Source of the DNA: Azolla caroliniana
Taxonomy: Eukaryota > Plantae > Polypodiophyta
DNA: 64,000 bases
NCBI GenBank assembly: GCA_043228905.1
Contig: JBHGNT010000010.1
Span: forward strand, 18,476,001-18,540,000
Direction of reading: 5' to 3'
A model generated the notes under the pieces. That model was not told where the DNA came from, ran no database searches, and saw nothing but the letters and a program-made list of their open reading frames with translations. Of this stretch, positions 38,557 through 51,108 are shown piece after piece. Both the position numbers and the translations under genes were made by a program. Positions within the stretch are counted from its first letter, which is position 1, and each line of letters opens with the position of its first letter.

Positions 38557-41500
38557 TGTTGGGAGACAGGTCCCTCCGAATGGGAAGTGAGAAGAACAAT
38601 GCTGATGAGCAAACTCTCCGAACGAGGAGTACCTGGCTACGGAACACCCGGTGAGAACCGGACGAGGAGTACCCAGCTACGGAAGACCCGATGAGAACCA
38701 AATGAGGAGTACCCAGCTACGGAAGACCCGGTGAGAACCGGATGAGGAGTACCCGGCAAGAGCCGGATAGTGAAGGCCCGGTGAGAAGTGCTCACCGGAT
38801 GAAGGGACATATTCGTAAATATGTTTCCTGAGAGGCCATCGGGGCTATATTTGTAAATAGTCGAAAAGTCATATTAGTATAAATATGACTTAGGGCAAAC
38901 TTAGGATAGTGTGTTGTTGTTATTCTTGTTGGCGTAAGATTAGAGAGCGTGTAACAGTGTACAGAGAGAGAGAGAGAGAGGGGAAGAGGTCGTTGCCTTT
39001 GTTGTAACCGCCGCCTATGGCAAAGATCGTGAGCACGAGGTCGTTGCCTCCGTGAGCTCACTGTTGTAACCATTGTGATATAGTGATAGTTTGCAGTCTG
39101 TGGGCTGCCGTGGTTTTTTTCCCTAGTTTGGGTTTTTCCACGTAAACATCCTGTGTACTCTTCTCTTCACTGTGTCGTGCATTCCATTCCCCGTTTTTCT
39201 GTGTATGATTTTAAGCTCGGTTGTGGCGAGTGTTGCGCATAGGGAGCGTGTAGTTCCTGTCAAAGTGGTATCAGAGTGAGACGACACAGAAAATAGACGA
39301 ATCGTTGGGAGGCATGTTCAAGCTCACCGGCTCCAACTATTCCGTGTGGAAGTCGAAGATGAGGGACATGCTCGTGGTTAAAGATCTTTGGTTGCCGGTT
39401 CAGTTCGGGGACAAGAGACTGGACAAAATCGACGCCATGATATGGGAGGTGATGCACATGAAGACAACGACGTACATACGGTGCTTCATCGACATGAGCC
39501 TTTACAACAACTTCAATGAAGAGAGCAAGGCTCATGAGCTTTGAGAGAAGATCGACATTATGTTTCAAAACAAAAATGTTGTTAACCAGGTTTCGGTATT
39601 CTGGAAGCTAGTAAGACTCCGATACCAAGATGGCTCTAGCATGGCGGAGCACATGAATGCCTTCCAGGGGCTGATCCACCAGGCAACATCATTGGAAGTA
39701 CCTCTCGCCGATGAGGTACTAGCGCTACTCCTGCTCGGTTCCCTCCCGGATAGCTAGGAGACGTTGGTTGTCACTTTGGGCAACGCTGGACCAGAAGGAA
39801 AACGGTTATCCCTAGCAAGAGTGAAGTCAAGCTTGCTAGATGAGGAGGCGCGTCGGAAAGATAAGGATACGAGCTCCGACTCCAAAGCGCTCCTTACCGA
39901 ATTGGAATGCGGAAGACAAAGGAACCGTAGCCCCTAGAACCGGGAGAAGTCGGGGACACGGTCAAAGTCAAGGGGGAGGCCTACTTGCTTCTATTGCGGC
40001 AAGCCGGGACACTTCCAAAAGAACTGTCGGCATTTCCGAAAAGACAAGGAAACCGACGGTACTGATTCGAAGCGGACACTAGACCGGAACGGTAAAGACC
40101 GGAGGGGGCCGGACCGGAAGGGAACGACGACAATCGCGGCAAGTGAAGAAGAGTTGATGCTCATCACTGAGGAGAGTGAGCTAAACCTTGCCGGCGACGA
40201 GATGACCTGGGTGGTCGACTCTGGAGCGTCGTTCCACCTTATCCCGGACCGGAAATGCTTCTCATCCTACTCAGCCGGTGACCAAGGCTGTGTCCGGATG
40301 GGGAATGAAGGTACATGCCAAATTGTCGGCATAGGAGACGTGTGGTTGACAACACCAACCGGATGCAAGATGCTGCTGAAGGATGTTCGACACGTTCCGG
40401 AGGTTCGTCTGAACCTGATATCAACCGGTCGGCTAGATGATGAAGGCTACACGGGTAGCATCCGGAATGGTGTTATGAAGTTCAACAAAGGGAGCCTGAT
40501 TGTGGCTCGGGCCCGGAAGGTAAACACATTGTACCTGATGAATGCCCGATTATGTCTGGAAGAAGTGAACGTGGCATCCGACACTGCCGGTGAGCTGTGG
40601 CACAAGAGGCTGTGTCACATGAGCGAGAAGGGGATGAAGAGGCTTGCAGATGACAACCTCATTCCAGTGAAGAATGTGCACTTGGAGAAGTGCACCGATT
40701 GTCTGGCCGGTAAGCAAAACCGGACCTCCTTCCGACCAAGGCCACCGATGAGACGTAATGCACCACTGGAGTTGGTGCATACTGATGTGTGTCAAGTGGA
40801 CACGAAGTCACATGCAGGATTGCAGTACTTCGTGACGTTCATAGATGACCACAACCGGAAGTTGTGGGCCACACCGTTGAAGACGAAGGATCAGGTGCTA
40901 TCCGTCTTCAAAGAGCTCCACGCGAGAGTGGAAAGAGAAACCGGTCGGAAGATGAAGGCGGTTCGAGCAGATAACGGAGGAGAATACCGGGGGCAGTTCG
41001 AGGAGTACTGCCGCTCGAAGGGAATCCGACTCAAATTTACTGTGCCGAAGACGCCGGAACTAAACGGGTTGGCCAAGAGGATGAATCGAACCATAATGGA
41101 GAGGGTCCGGAGTATGCTGGCGCATGCAAAATTACCCAAGACGTTTTGGGCTGAGGTGTTGTTGATAGCGACATATGTGATAAACAAATCACCCTCAGTA
41201 CCCTTGGACGGGGACACGCCGCAGAGAGTCTGGACCGGTAAGGAAGTGTCCTACCGGCATCTGAAGGTGTTCGGGTGTCTCGTGTACGTGCATGTAGCTA
41301 AGGACTGGAGAGGAAAGTTAGATCCGAAGACCCGGCCATGCATATTCCTCGGTTATGGTGACGATGAGTTCGGCTACTGAGTGTGGGACCCGGTCGACAA
41401 GAAGGTATTCTGGAGTCGAGATATTATCTTCATGGAGGACAAGACGCTCGCCGACTGGGAGTCGGAGAAGAAGATAATGAACTCTTGTGTCTACCGGTAA

Positions 41501-44045
41501 GGATCGTTTCTACAATGCGCAGACCCAACTGGCAAGAGACTGGTTAGCACTCGAGGAACCAGCCGGTTACGGTGAGGATACCGAACCGGCAGAAGAAGAA
41601 GTAGAGGAAGTTGAAACCGGAACCGGCCAAGACCCCGAATCGGATTCAGATGAAGAGCAAATGGAGGAGCCGGTTACTGAAGCCCAAAGATGGAGATATC
41701 CTCTCAGAGAGAGAAGGGCCCTCTGGAGATTTCCGGATGCAGAGCATGTGCTGCTGACCGATGAGGGGGAGCCAGAAAGCTTCGAAGAAGCTAAAAGTGA
41801 CACCCACAGCCGCAAATGGTTAAGTGTCATGCAGGATAAGATGGATTCCCTGCATGAGAACCATACGTACGAATTGGTGGAGTTGCCGAAAGGAAAGCGG
41901 GCACTCCGAAACAAGTGGGTGTACAAGTTGAAACTGGGAGATGCCAGCAACCCCCCGAGATACAAAACTAGGATCGTGGTGAAGGGGTTCCAACAGAAGG
42001 AGGGCGTGGACTTCGACGAGATATTTGCCCCGGTAGTAAAGATGACCTCCATCCGGACGGTGCTGAGCATAACGGCAAGCATGGACCTCGAGGTAGAGCA
42101 GCTGGACGTGAAGATGGCATTCCTTCATGGTGACCTCGAAGAGGAGATCTACATGCAGCAACCGGAAGGATTTGTGGAGAAGGGGAAGGAGCACTTGGTA
42201 TGCCGGTTGAAGAAGAGCTTGTACGGACTGAACCAGGCTCCCCGACAATGGTACCGGAAGTTCAACTCCTTCATGACCGATCAAGGGTACCACAAGACGC
42301 GGGCCGATCACTGCGTGTTTGTGAAGAAGTTCGAAGGAGGCGACTTCCTGATACTCCTTCTGTACGTGGATGACATGTTGATCGTCGGACGAGACCAAGC
42401 CAAAATACGAATGCTGAAGACGGCTCTCAACCGGACCTTCTCAATGAAAGACTTGGGTCCGGCAAGATAGATGTTGGGGATGCATATTATCCGGGACTGG
42501 TCAATGAAGCAATTGTGGTTGTCATAGGAGAAGTATGTGACAAAGGTGCTTTAGCGGTTCAACATGTTAGAAGCGAAACCGGTCAGATCGACACTTCCAG
42601 CAAACTGCAGGTTATCCGATAAGCAAAGCCCGAAGACGAAAGCAAAGAAGGCGGATATGATGAAGGTTCCATATGCCTCTGCCGTCGGGAGCTTAATGTA
42701 TGCAATGGTGTGTACCCGACCGGATATAGGATACGCGGTCGAAGTGGTGAGCCAATTTATGAGCAATCTCGGCAAGGAGCACTGGAACGCGGTCAAATGG
42801 ATACTCTGGTATTTAAAGGGCACTTCGAACATGTGTCTCTGATTCGGCTCCGGTAAACCTCAACTTGACGGTTTTACCGACTCGGACATGTCGGCTGATG
42901 TGGATACCAGCCGGTCTACATCTGGGTACGTAATGACATATGCAAGGGGAGCTGTTTCGTGGCAGTTGGGGCTTCAGAAGATGGTTGCGTTGTCAACCAT
43001 AGAGGCGGAGTACATGGCGATTGTGGAAGCCGGCAAGGAAATATTATGGATGAAGGACTTCATCGGAGAGCTCGGTATCCAACAAGATGAATACCGGCTC
43101 TATTGCGACAGTCAAAGTGCCATCCACCTTGCTAAGAACGCAGCGTACCATCCACCTTGCTAAGAACGCAGCGTACCATTCCAGGACGAAGCACATCCAG
43201 CGTAGGTACCACTGGATTCGGGAAAGAGTGGAGAACCAGGAGTTCGCGCTGACGAAGATCCACACAGCCGAGAACGGGTCAGATATGCTGACCAAAGTGC
43301 TGATACCCGACAAGCTAGAAGCATGCCGGAAGCGGATCGGACTAGTAAGACACCCGATGTCGGAGTGAAGGGGGAGTTTGTTGGGAGACAGGTCCCTCCG
43401 GATGGGAAGTGAGAAGAACAGTGCTCGGCCTCGGCTGAATCCAGACGAGGAGTACCCGGCTACGGAAGACTCGGTGAGAACCGGACGAGGAGTACCCAGC
43501 TACAGAAAACCCGGTGAGAACCGGATGAGGAGTACCCGGCAAGAGCCGAATAGTGAAGGCCCGGTGAGAAGTGCTCACCGGATGAAGGGACATATTCGTA
43601 AATATGTTTCATGAGAGGCCGTCGGGGCTATATTTGTAAATAGCTGAAAAGTCATATTAGTATAAATATGACTTAGGGCAAACTTAGGATAATGTGTTGT
43701 TGTTATTCTTGTTGGCGTAAGATTAGAGAGCGTGTAACAATGTACAGAGAGAGAGAGAGAGAGAGGAAGAGGTCATTGCCTCTGTTGTAACCGCCGCCTA
43801 TGGCGAAGATCGTGAGCGCAAGGTCGTTGCCTCCGTGAGCTCACTGTTGTAACCATTGTGATATAGTGATAGTTTGCAGTCTGTGGGCTGCTGTGGTTTT
43901 TTTCCCTAGTTTGGGTTTTTCCACGTAAACATCCTGTGTACTCTTCTCTTCACTGTGTCGTGCGTTCCATTCCCCGTTTTTCTGTGTATGATTCTAAGCT
44001 CGGTTGTGGCGAGCGTTGCGCATAGGGAGCGTGTAGTTCCTGTCA
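38557..44045 (+). mobile_element. Full-length but inactivated Ty1/Copia element C (Tork/TAR-like); LTRs 38557-39262 and 43379-44045
   Basis: TSD AAAAG on both sides, Met PBS TGGTATCAGAG (39266) and PPT GAAGGGGGAG before 43379. Order gag-CCHC, PR (VVDSGAS), INT (LVHTDVC, RADNGGEY), RT (LLYVDDML), RH is the Copia order. Several stops and a 28-bp duplication frameshift. Confidence 0.96.
43121..43176 (+). repeat. 28-bp tandem duplication frameshifting the RNase H of Copia C
   Basis: CATCCACCTTGCTAAGAACGCAGCGTAC occurs twice, with CCAT microhomology. Confidence 0.93.
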
Positions 44046-45533
44046 AAAAGGCTGATGGAAGAAGTGGCGGCACGCCATGCGGAGTCCATCCATTACTCGG
44101 CGTCGGTAGGAATCCAGGTCGAGAGTGATGAAGGTTGGAAGACAAAGGACTCCGGGTTCTGGCTGTTGGTGCTAGAAGGCCTCATCGGTGTGCGGTTGAG
44201 GAAGGAGGAAGCGGACCACGCGGAAAGACGGGTCCGGGAGGTAACCGGGTGGAGCAACCCGGTCGAGGAAAAGACTGGCTTCATGGAAGCCGCGTGCCAG
44301 AACTACGAGGTTCTGGTAGAAGACAAGCCTGTAGGGAAGGCCGAAGGGGCCAAACCCTCGTAGCGGTATGAGACCCGGTTTGGGCAGAAGCAGAATGACG
44401 TCGGTACTTCCAGCGCACCAGATGAAACAAAGAAAGCCGGTTACCGGTTGAGCACCGAGATAGAAAGAACGACGGACTTGCGGAAGGTCCTTGAGGAACG
44501 ACGGACCTGCGGAAGACATGGCCCTGGAAGACGAGTTGGACGACGGACTATTCGAAGCTGCATTGGGCAAGAGCTAGTACGGAGACCCCGGTTTGGATCG
44601 GAGACATCCAGGAGCCGGTGGTGGCGTTGGTAGACCACGGTTCGGAGATCAACTTGATGTCTATGGAGTTCTACAAGAAGGGCAAATGACCGATCAACAC
44701 TAAGCACGGGTGGAAGATACGAGCGACGACGCGCGCCACGGAGGAGCTACATGGGGCCTGCCCAAATGTACGGGTGAAAATCGGTGATGTCGAGATTGAC
44801 CGACACTTCTTCGTGTAGGAGACATCCTCACACCCGTTGATACTCGAAGAACTGTACATTACGGCAACACGTATGGAGACGAAGGTGCTAGATAACGGTT
44901 CGGCGTATGCACGTGTGAAGAGCCAAGATGGGCGACACTCCGTCCAGTTTCTGACGGTGCGACTGAACCACGAGCACAACCGTGAGACCCTCGGCGGCGA
45001 AAGCCGAGGGGATTTTTAGAGAGGGCTATCAAGGCGTGGGGCCACGGTAGTCTAGAGACCTTGGAAAAACCCCACAAGTGTAACATAAGAAGGAAACCCT
45101 GTACTATAGGTAGGAAATAGGTAGGAAATTTTGGTTCAAAGGCTGTATGATAACTGGCATTAGCGGCCGGGAGAAGAAACGGGCAGAGGGACATCTCAGG
45201 GCGTGCAGAGTCCTAGGCCCCGACGATGAGATTGGTGGAACCGTGGAGGCAGTCTCTTTCGACGACACCTTGGGGGAATTAAAGAAGGTGTTCAAAGAAG
45301 GCCTTAGCGAAGAACAAACGATTCCGGTTAGTTCGGAAATGATGTACGAAGTCATCGCCGACTTCGGGGAAAGGGTTGAGTTGGATCGGACGACCCATGT
45401 GCATAAGAAGTACAAGATTGTGGACCGGAAGGTGAAGCCAGTCGCGACACCCTTGCCGGAGGGTAGCGGGTTACAGATGAAAGGGGTCGCGTCGGACCCA
45501 AGTCTACGGGATCCGGCCGGCATAGGACACCGG

Positions 45534-46140
45534 TGTCGTGAAGATTTTCGTCCATAGGGGGAAACCGGGGTGGAATGGGCAAGTCGGTGGTGTGAACATG
45601 TGCACACATATACTAGGAAATGGTGTATAGAAATAAGAGGGGAAATTTTATCCCACATTGTAAGGTCCCTCCCTCCTTGGGCTATAAAAGGAAGGGAGGG
45701 GTCACTTATGAAGGGGTTGCCTATTTTGCGTATGAAAGGTATACCACTTAGTCTAGAGTTCTTACCGTTTTAGGGTTAGGGTTTCGTTTAGGGTTCCTTA
45801 TTCATCCTCGGTTAGGGTTTTCTCATAGTCGTTTGGTGCGGCCCACGCGACCACCATTATTGTAATCATTCGTTTGTTTTAATATAACTTGTTGAGCATC
45901 TTGCCTTGGCCGATCTCTCCTTCTATGTCATGGTCTTATTCTTTCCTCTTCTCCTCTTGAGCTAAGCTTCCAAAACATATCTTATTCTTTCTCCTCTACT
46001 GCCTAGTCTGAGACCCCGGTGGTCCCGCCCCTTCTACACGCACGCGCGTAACAACGCGACATCTTTGGTGAACCTAACGTGAAGAGCGGCAACGGAGCAT
46101 GGAGATGGAAGAAAACTTCAACTTCGAGCAGATAATGGCG
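45534..46140 (+). mobile_element. Gypsy element D: 5' LTR 45534-46061, Trp-like PBS and gag start only
   Basis: LTR TGTCGTG...CGCGACA, PBS TGGTGAACCTAACGTGA (46066), then MEMEENFNFEQIMAA joined directly to a protease region. Confidence 0.8.
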
Positions 46141-49100
46141 GCAGGAGAACCATCACCGGCACCGGTACTCTTCTCGAATTCGGAGGAGAGACCAACGGTG
46201 GTGGACACCAACAGTCCGGTAATCACGGCCATTGTAAAAGGGAAAGAACTCCCCGACACAGTTATAGACAGAGGCTCTGGGGTGAATGTAATAAGCCTCC
46301 GGACGTGTGATGCCCTAGGAATCCACGAGTGGGAGCCGTGTCCGTTCTGGTTGCGGATGGCCGATACAAGCTCAGTGCGACCGACAGGATTAATACGGAA
46401 ATTAGAAGTCACAGTCGGCGGTCATACATTTCACATCTCGGAAGTAGTGCTACAATTACAGGCACAAGGCGCATACCCGCTATTGCTGGGGCGGCCATGG
46501 TTGAAAACGGCACATATCAAACAGAATTGGAGGAAAAATATAATTACCTTCTGGCGAGGAAAAGCCAAGGTACGGGTACCAACACAACCAAGGACGAGCA
46601 CTGGCAAGGAATGTACACCGTTGTATGCGGAATGCGTCAACATGCTAGAAGGGTTAGTTGACGAAGAAGAAGCTCAGTACTTGCAGGAAAACCCGAAGAT
46701 CATACCCCTCTTCGAAATTGACATTGCCGAAGCAGTAGCACCATACTTACCGCAACCGGAAGAGGCTGAAGCAGAACTGGATAAAGACGCAATCCGGGAG
46801 TTACGGCAAGCGCAGGAAGCGTTGGAACGGGAAATGGCCGTTTCACAGCGCGTAAAAGCGTCGCAACTGGAAGAGGTGAACCTAGGGACCACGGACGAAG
46901 CAAAACCGATGCACATCGCCAAGGAGATGAAGTCCGAAGACAAAACGACGATGATCACACTTCTCACGGAATTTCGCGATGTGTTCGCCTGGTCATACGA
47001 AGACATGCGAGGACTCGACCCTCAGTTATACCAGCATCAGGTGCACTTGAGCAAGGACGCAAAACTAGTGGCACAAAGACGATACCGGATGAATCCCAAT
47101 TATGCCATAAAGTCAAGGAGGAAATCGACAAAACGGCTTTGGTCACCGAATGGGGGGTGTTTGTGGCTGTGGTGATGATGTTCGGACTCAAAACGGCACC
47201 GGCAACATTTCAACGAATCATCATGGAAATTTTTGGTGAATATATTCCGGCTTTTATGCAGGTTTTCCTTGACGATTTCGCCGTCTATAGCCGGGAGGAG
47301 GACCATTTTCAGCACCTCCGTCTTTGTCTAGAAAAATGTAGAACGTACCGGCTAAGCTTGAATCCGGCAAAGTGTGTATTTGGCGTATCCAGTGGAACTC
47401 TATTAGGACATATTGTGAGCTAGGAAGGTATTGCAGTCGACCCGGACAAAGTGAAAACCATATTAGAAGCACCGGCGCCGGCAACGGCAAAGGCATTAAT
47501 CCGGTGCTTAGGCCAGATCCGGTGGCACAGCCGGATGCTCCGATACTTGGCCGACCTGGCTACACCGTTGCATGCCGCCGTACATCGGACACCATTCCAG
47601 TGGACCGACACTGAGGATAGGGCGTATAGGGCCCTCAAGGTACTATTGTCGCAAGCACCGGTAGTGCAGCCTCCGGATTGGAGTAAAGAATTTCACGTTT
47701 TCGTGGACGCTTCCGACATCACAATCGGAAGCGTACTGATGCAGCTTACAGAACCAAAGTGGTACCGGCCAGTGTACTATGCCAGCCGAAAGCTATCCCA
47801 AGCAGAACGGAACTACTCTACCATGGAACGGGAAGCTCTAGGGATGATCTACAGTGTGACAAAGTTTCGACATTATTTATTGGGAAGGAAGTTTTCCTTC
47901 CATGTAGATCATTCAGCACTCCTTTACCTGGTGTCCAAAGCGTCACTCACCGGCAAATTGGCTCGATGGACCTTACTGTTACAAGAATTCGAGTTTGAAA
48001 TATTCCACCGACCCGGTATTCAGCATGCCGTGGCGGATTACTTAAGCCGATTAGAGTCCGGAGAGACGGGTGACGGAGTAGCGGATGAGTTTCCGGATGC
48101 GGAGCTGTTTCGAGTCACTACGGAGACGGCAGCAGATGAGACGGTGGCCCAGGAAGACAAGTGGCTCACAAATATGCACCAGTTTTTGAGCACAGGACTG
48201 CCTCCGGAAGAGATGAACTGGGACAAACGGAAATGTCTGGCGGTGCAAAGCCGACATTTCTGCTTACTGCAAGACACACTGTACCACAAGGGCGCGGACG
48301 ACATATGGAGACGGGCGGTGCGCAGCGATGAAAAGGAACTGATACTGAGGGAAGCCCACTGCGGAGTTGCCGGAGGTCACTATGCCGGAGATGGGACTGC
48401 GATCGCCGACGAACGTGCAGAAAATACAAGACGCTTGGACGAGGCGGAGAAGGTCCGGATGGAGCTCCAGAGGCAGCAGCAGGAAGAAAAAGAGAGAGCG
48501 TCAACAGTATTGCAGAAATTACAAAGCACATATCAAAGGCAATTGACGCATTACAAGGCGCAGGCGGAAGACAACGTAAAAATCATCAAGCAACTGAAGG
48601 AGGAACGACAAGCAGCAGAAACCAAATAGCAATTAGGAACGGGCCGGATTTAGTCTATCCTCCGGGCATGGCTGAATCAGACAAAACACTTGATTGATGA
48701 AAGCTCCGTAAGATGGTGGAAAAAGTGGGCACAAAACGCGGCGGAACTCCAATTGCTACGGGCAGACGTGGCAAACCGGCGGAAGGAAGGAGATGATTGT
48801 TATACGTTGACTTCCGAGGACTTCACCGCCATACGGGACGAGCTGGCCGACGACTTCCAAGTCCTGGCGGATGAACAGCTGGCGCAGGTCAGGCAGCTAG
48901 TAGCTCAGCGAGACGATGATAGGCTGGACGCTCAAATCCAGTTTGAAAGCTACGAGCGGTCCCGAGTTCGAGAAGAAAAAGCACGGGAAGCGGCAACGGT
49001 TAACCTTAGTGATGAGGAACCGTCGCCGGCTGAGGGCCAGCCCGGAACCAGTCAACCGGAGACCACTATGACGAAGGGAGCAACGACGGAGACGCTGGTG

Positions 49101-49752
49101 TCAGAGCAACAAACGGAGGAGCAGCAACAGCAGCCATCAACGGACTCGTCGCAGCAGACGTCAACAGAGCAGCACCAACAACAACAACAACAACAACCAA
49201 TTCCAGATGAACCATTGGAGACTCTCGAACAAAGCATTCTGGATATTTTGGACGAAGAATAGCAAGGGTCGGTTGTGGATTCGACGTACAGGGTACTGTC
49301 CCACGGGCGTGCCATGTGTTACCGGCCGGCAAAGGAGTCCAGAGTGGGAAACGGAGAGTTATTTAAGTACTAGGAATGTGGTTGTAATTAAGCTATGAGT
49401 GTGGACGGACGGACTGGAATCGGTATGCCGTTCCGGATCCGGACCGATCCCGAACATGTGCGGATGGCACCGTTTTGTAATACAGACCGGAAACCTATTT
49501 AAAGGCCCGTATACAATGTAATGAATAACGGTTAATTAATAAAAAGCTTAGCGTTGTTATCTCTCTGTGTTAATTGCCGTTCTGCCTTAATTGTTATATC
49601 TTACGCGTGTGATTAGGAAATACGATCATGCTAAGTAACTTAATTAAGTCGGATTAAGCGTTGAGTCTAATCCGGTTGCCGTAACACCCTTTGGTGAAGT
49701 GTCTTCCGTAGACACCCTGTGTTAGGCCATTGTCCGGCCCTAAGAGTTAACA
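46141..49752 (+). mobile_element. Gypsy element F, 3' portion: protease, internally deleted RT, RNase H, integrase N-terminus, extra ORF and 3' LTR 49317-49752
   Basis: VIDRGSGVNVIS (PR), FGLKTAPATFQR and VFLDDF (RT), VFVDASD...YSTMEREALGMI...VDHSAL (RH), ILREAHCGVAGGHYAG (INT zinc finger start) follow the Gypsy order. LTR TGTTA...TAACA. Left boundary approximate. Confidence 0.88.
48400..49262 (+). pseudogene. Extra ORF of Gypsy F (coiled-coil, acidic/Q-rich C-terminus), truncated at the 5' end, with two TAG stops
   Basis: One frame runs from ~48400 to the stop at 49260-49262, with TAG at 48627 and 48651 (plausibly CAG->TAG). No RT or INT motifs. Confidence 0.65.
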
Positions 49753-50421
49753 ATCCAGAAAACTGGCTCGAAACCGACATTTGTAGTTAGCTGATTCTCA
49801 ACCGGCCCTTTAGCCGAATTGGCTCCCAACCATTTCGGTTCTTCTTCCATAAGGAGGAACATCATTTCACAACAAACTCACCCTTCACTCCTATATGGGA
49901 GACTCAACCATGGTTGTCTTGAGCCAGCAAGCATTAGGTTTTTCCATAGACAAATATTCTGGTCGACGGTGTCGCACTACATGCACCTCAGGTCGATTGG
50001 TGGGCGTCGATCGCGTGATTGATCGCCCCCTTCCCTTCGGACCTACGCAATCTAGAGATTGAGCACCACCTTTGTCGTTTCTTCTAGAGCCACGCCTCCG
50101 GACGGTCCCTCGACCACGTTGCCTAGAACCGGGCTCGACTCGAGCCACCTTCTTGTCTCTACTGACCGAGTCGGAATCTCCTCCAACCTCTTCCTGGCCG
50201 TTCGTTGACGATCCCGCGTCGTTCCATTCGCGTCATTTTTCGAAACGGCTACAAATCCTTTTGAGCATGGCCCAATCGGTCGTGAGCCCTTCATCTGTCT
50301 CCAAGAGGAGACTAACCTTCTCTCGATCAAGTGGATCGACCAACTTGATAAATACCAGGACCTTGCTCGTATCGAGCATGGTTTGGTCGTGTCTTTCCGG
50401 TTTTCTGTTCATTCAACCTGT
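49753..50421 (-). mobile_element. Gypsy gag fragment K (A/B-like family) in opposite orientation
   Basis: Minus-strand MLDTSKVLVFIKLVDPLDREKVSLLLETDEGLTTDWAMLKRICSRFEK is homologous to A's LDTSCVLLFVKAVDVRDWEQVGLLLETNDELTADWAVVKRVCSRFDK. Confidence 0.82.
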
Positions 50422-51108
50422 TGTCGTGAAGATTCCTGGCCACAATGAGAAAACCGGGTGAGATAGAGAGGGTCGGCAATGTGCACCGTGTGCACATGTA
50501 CATTTGAAAATGTGTATGAAATAAAAGGGGATATTTATCCCACATTGTAACGTCCTTCCCTCCTTGGACTATAAAAGGAGGCAGGGGTCTCTTGTAAAAG
50601 GGTTGCTCTTTTTGAGTTAGGAGGGTATACCACTTAGGTCCAAGGTATGGTAGCTTTCTCTTTACTTACTTCTTACTTCTTTAGGTTTCGTCTAGGTCTT
50701 CTTCTTCTTCTTCGTCGTCATGTGGGTTGAGTCTTCGTGTCTGTTTAGACCCCAGTCTGGCTCGAGGTCGGAGTTGTATTTCATTGTCTTGTACGAATAT
50801 ATATATATATAAACTTCTGTGTGTGTTTCCTATGCAAAGCGTTGGTGTTCTATTCATCTCCACGGGTGCATGTGTCGGGTGTTTTTGAGTGTTGAGTCTT
50901 GGAGCGCTATCCCGAGCCCCTCTTTGTCTGCGTTCGGTTCGGTGTGTTGGGGTTTTGCTCTTCCCAGTGTATGTGTGTGCGTGCATGCGACCACGGTGAA
51001 TCAGACTGTAGTCCGCCTACTTATTATTATGTGTATAAATATATATACACAAATATCTATCGGGCCTTCTGTACATACGACTCGCGAAGGGCCAGCGGGT
51101 GTGCATAT

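Larger units (their letters stand above)
36990..45533 (+). mobile_element. Gypsy element B (family of A): 5' LTR 36990-37498, Trp PBS, degenerate gag-protease; hosts Copia C and is interrupted by D
   Basis: LTR starts TGTCTTGGAGAAAACC; PBS TGGTGAACCCGACGTGA (37503). Knuckle CLLCDAVGHIRKNY. The host frame GGIK|RLMEEVAARH rejoins across C. Protease LVDHGSEINLM, then YKIVDRKVKPVA. Confidence 0.87.

Noticed and set aside
38624-38760. CRISPR-like regularly spaced repeats
   Set aside because: These are contiguous 40-bp tandem units inside a Copia LTR; there are no unique spacers and no cas genes.
48400-49262. env gene or captured host myosin-like gene
   Set aside because: No signal peptide or transmembrane segment, no introns and no recognisable domain; coiled-coil composition alone is not diagnostic.
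49317-49752. Solo LTR, or partner of the LTR at 61506
   Set aside because: The flanks CCATG/ATCCA are not a TSD. 49317 follows pol (3' LTR) and 61506 precedes a PBS (5' LTR), so they belong to different copies.
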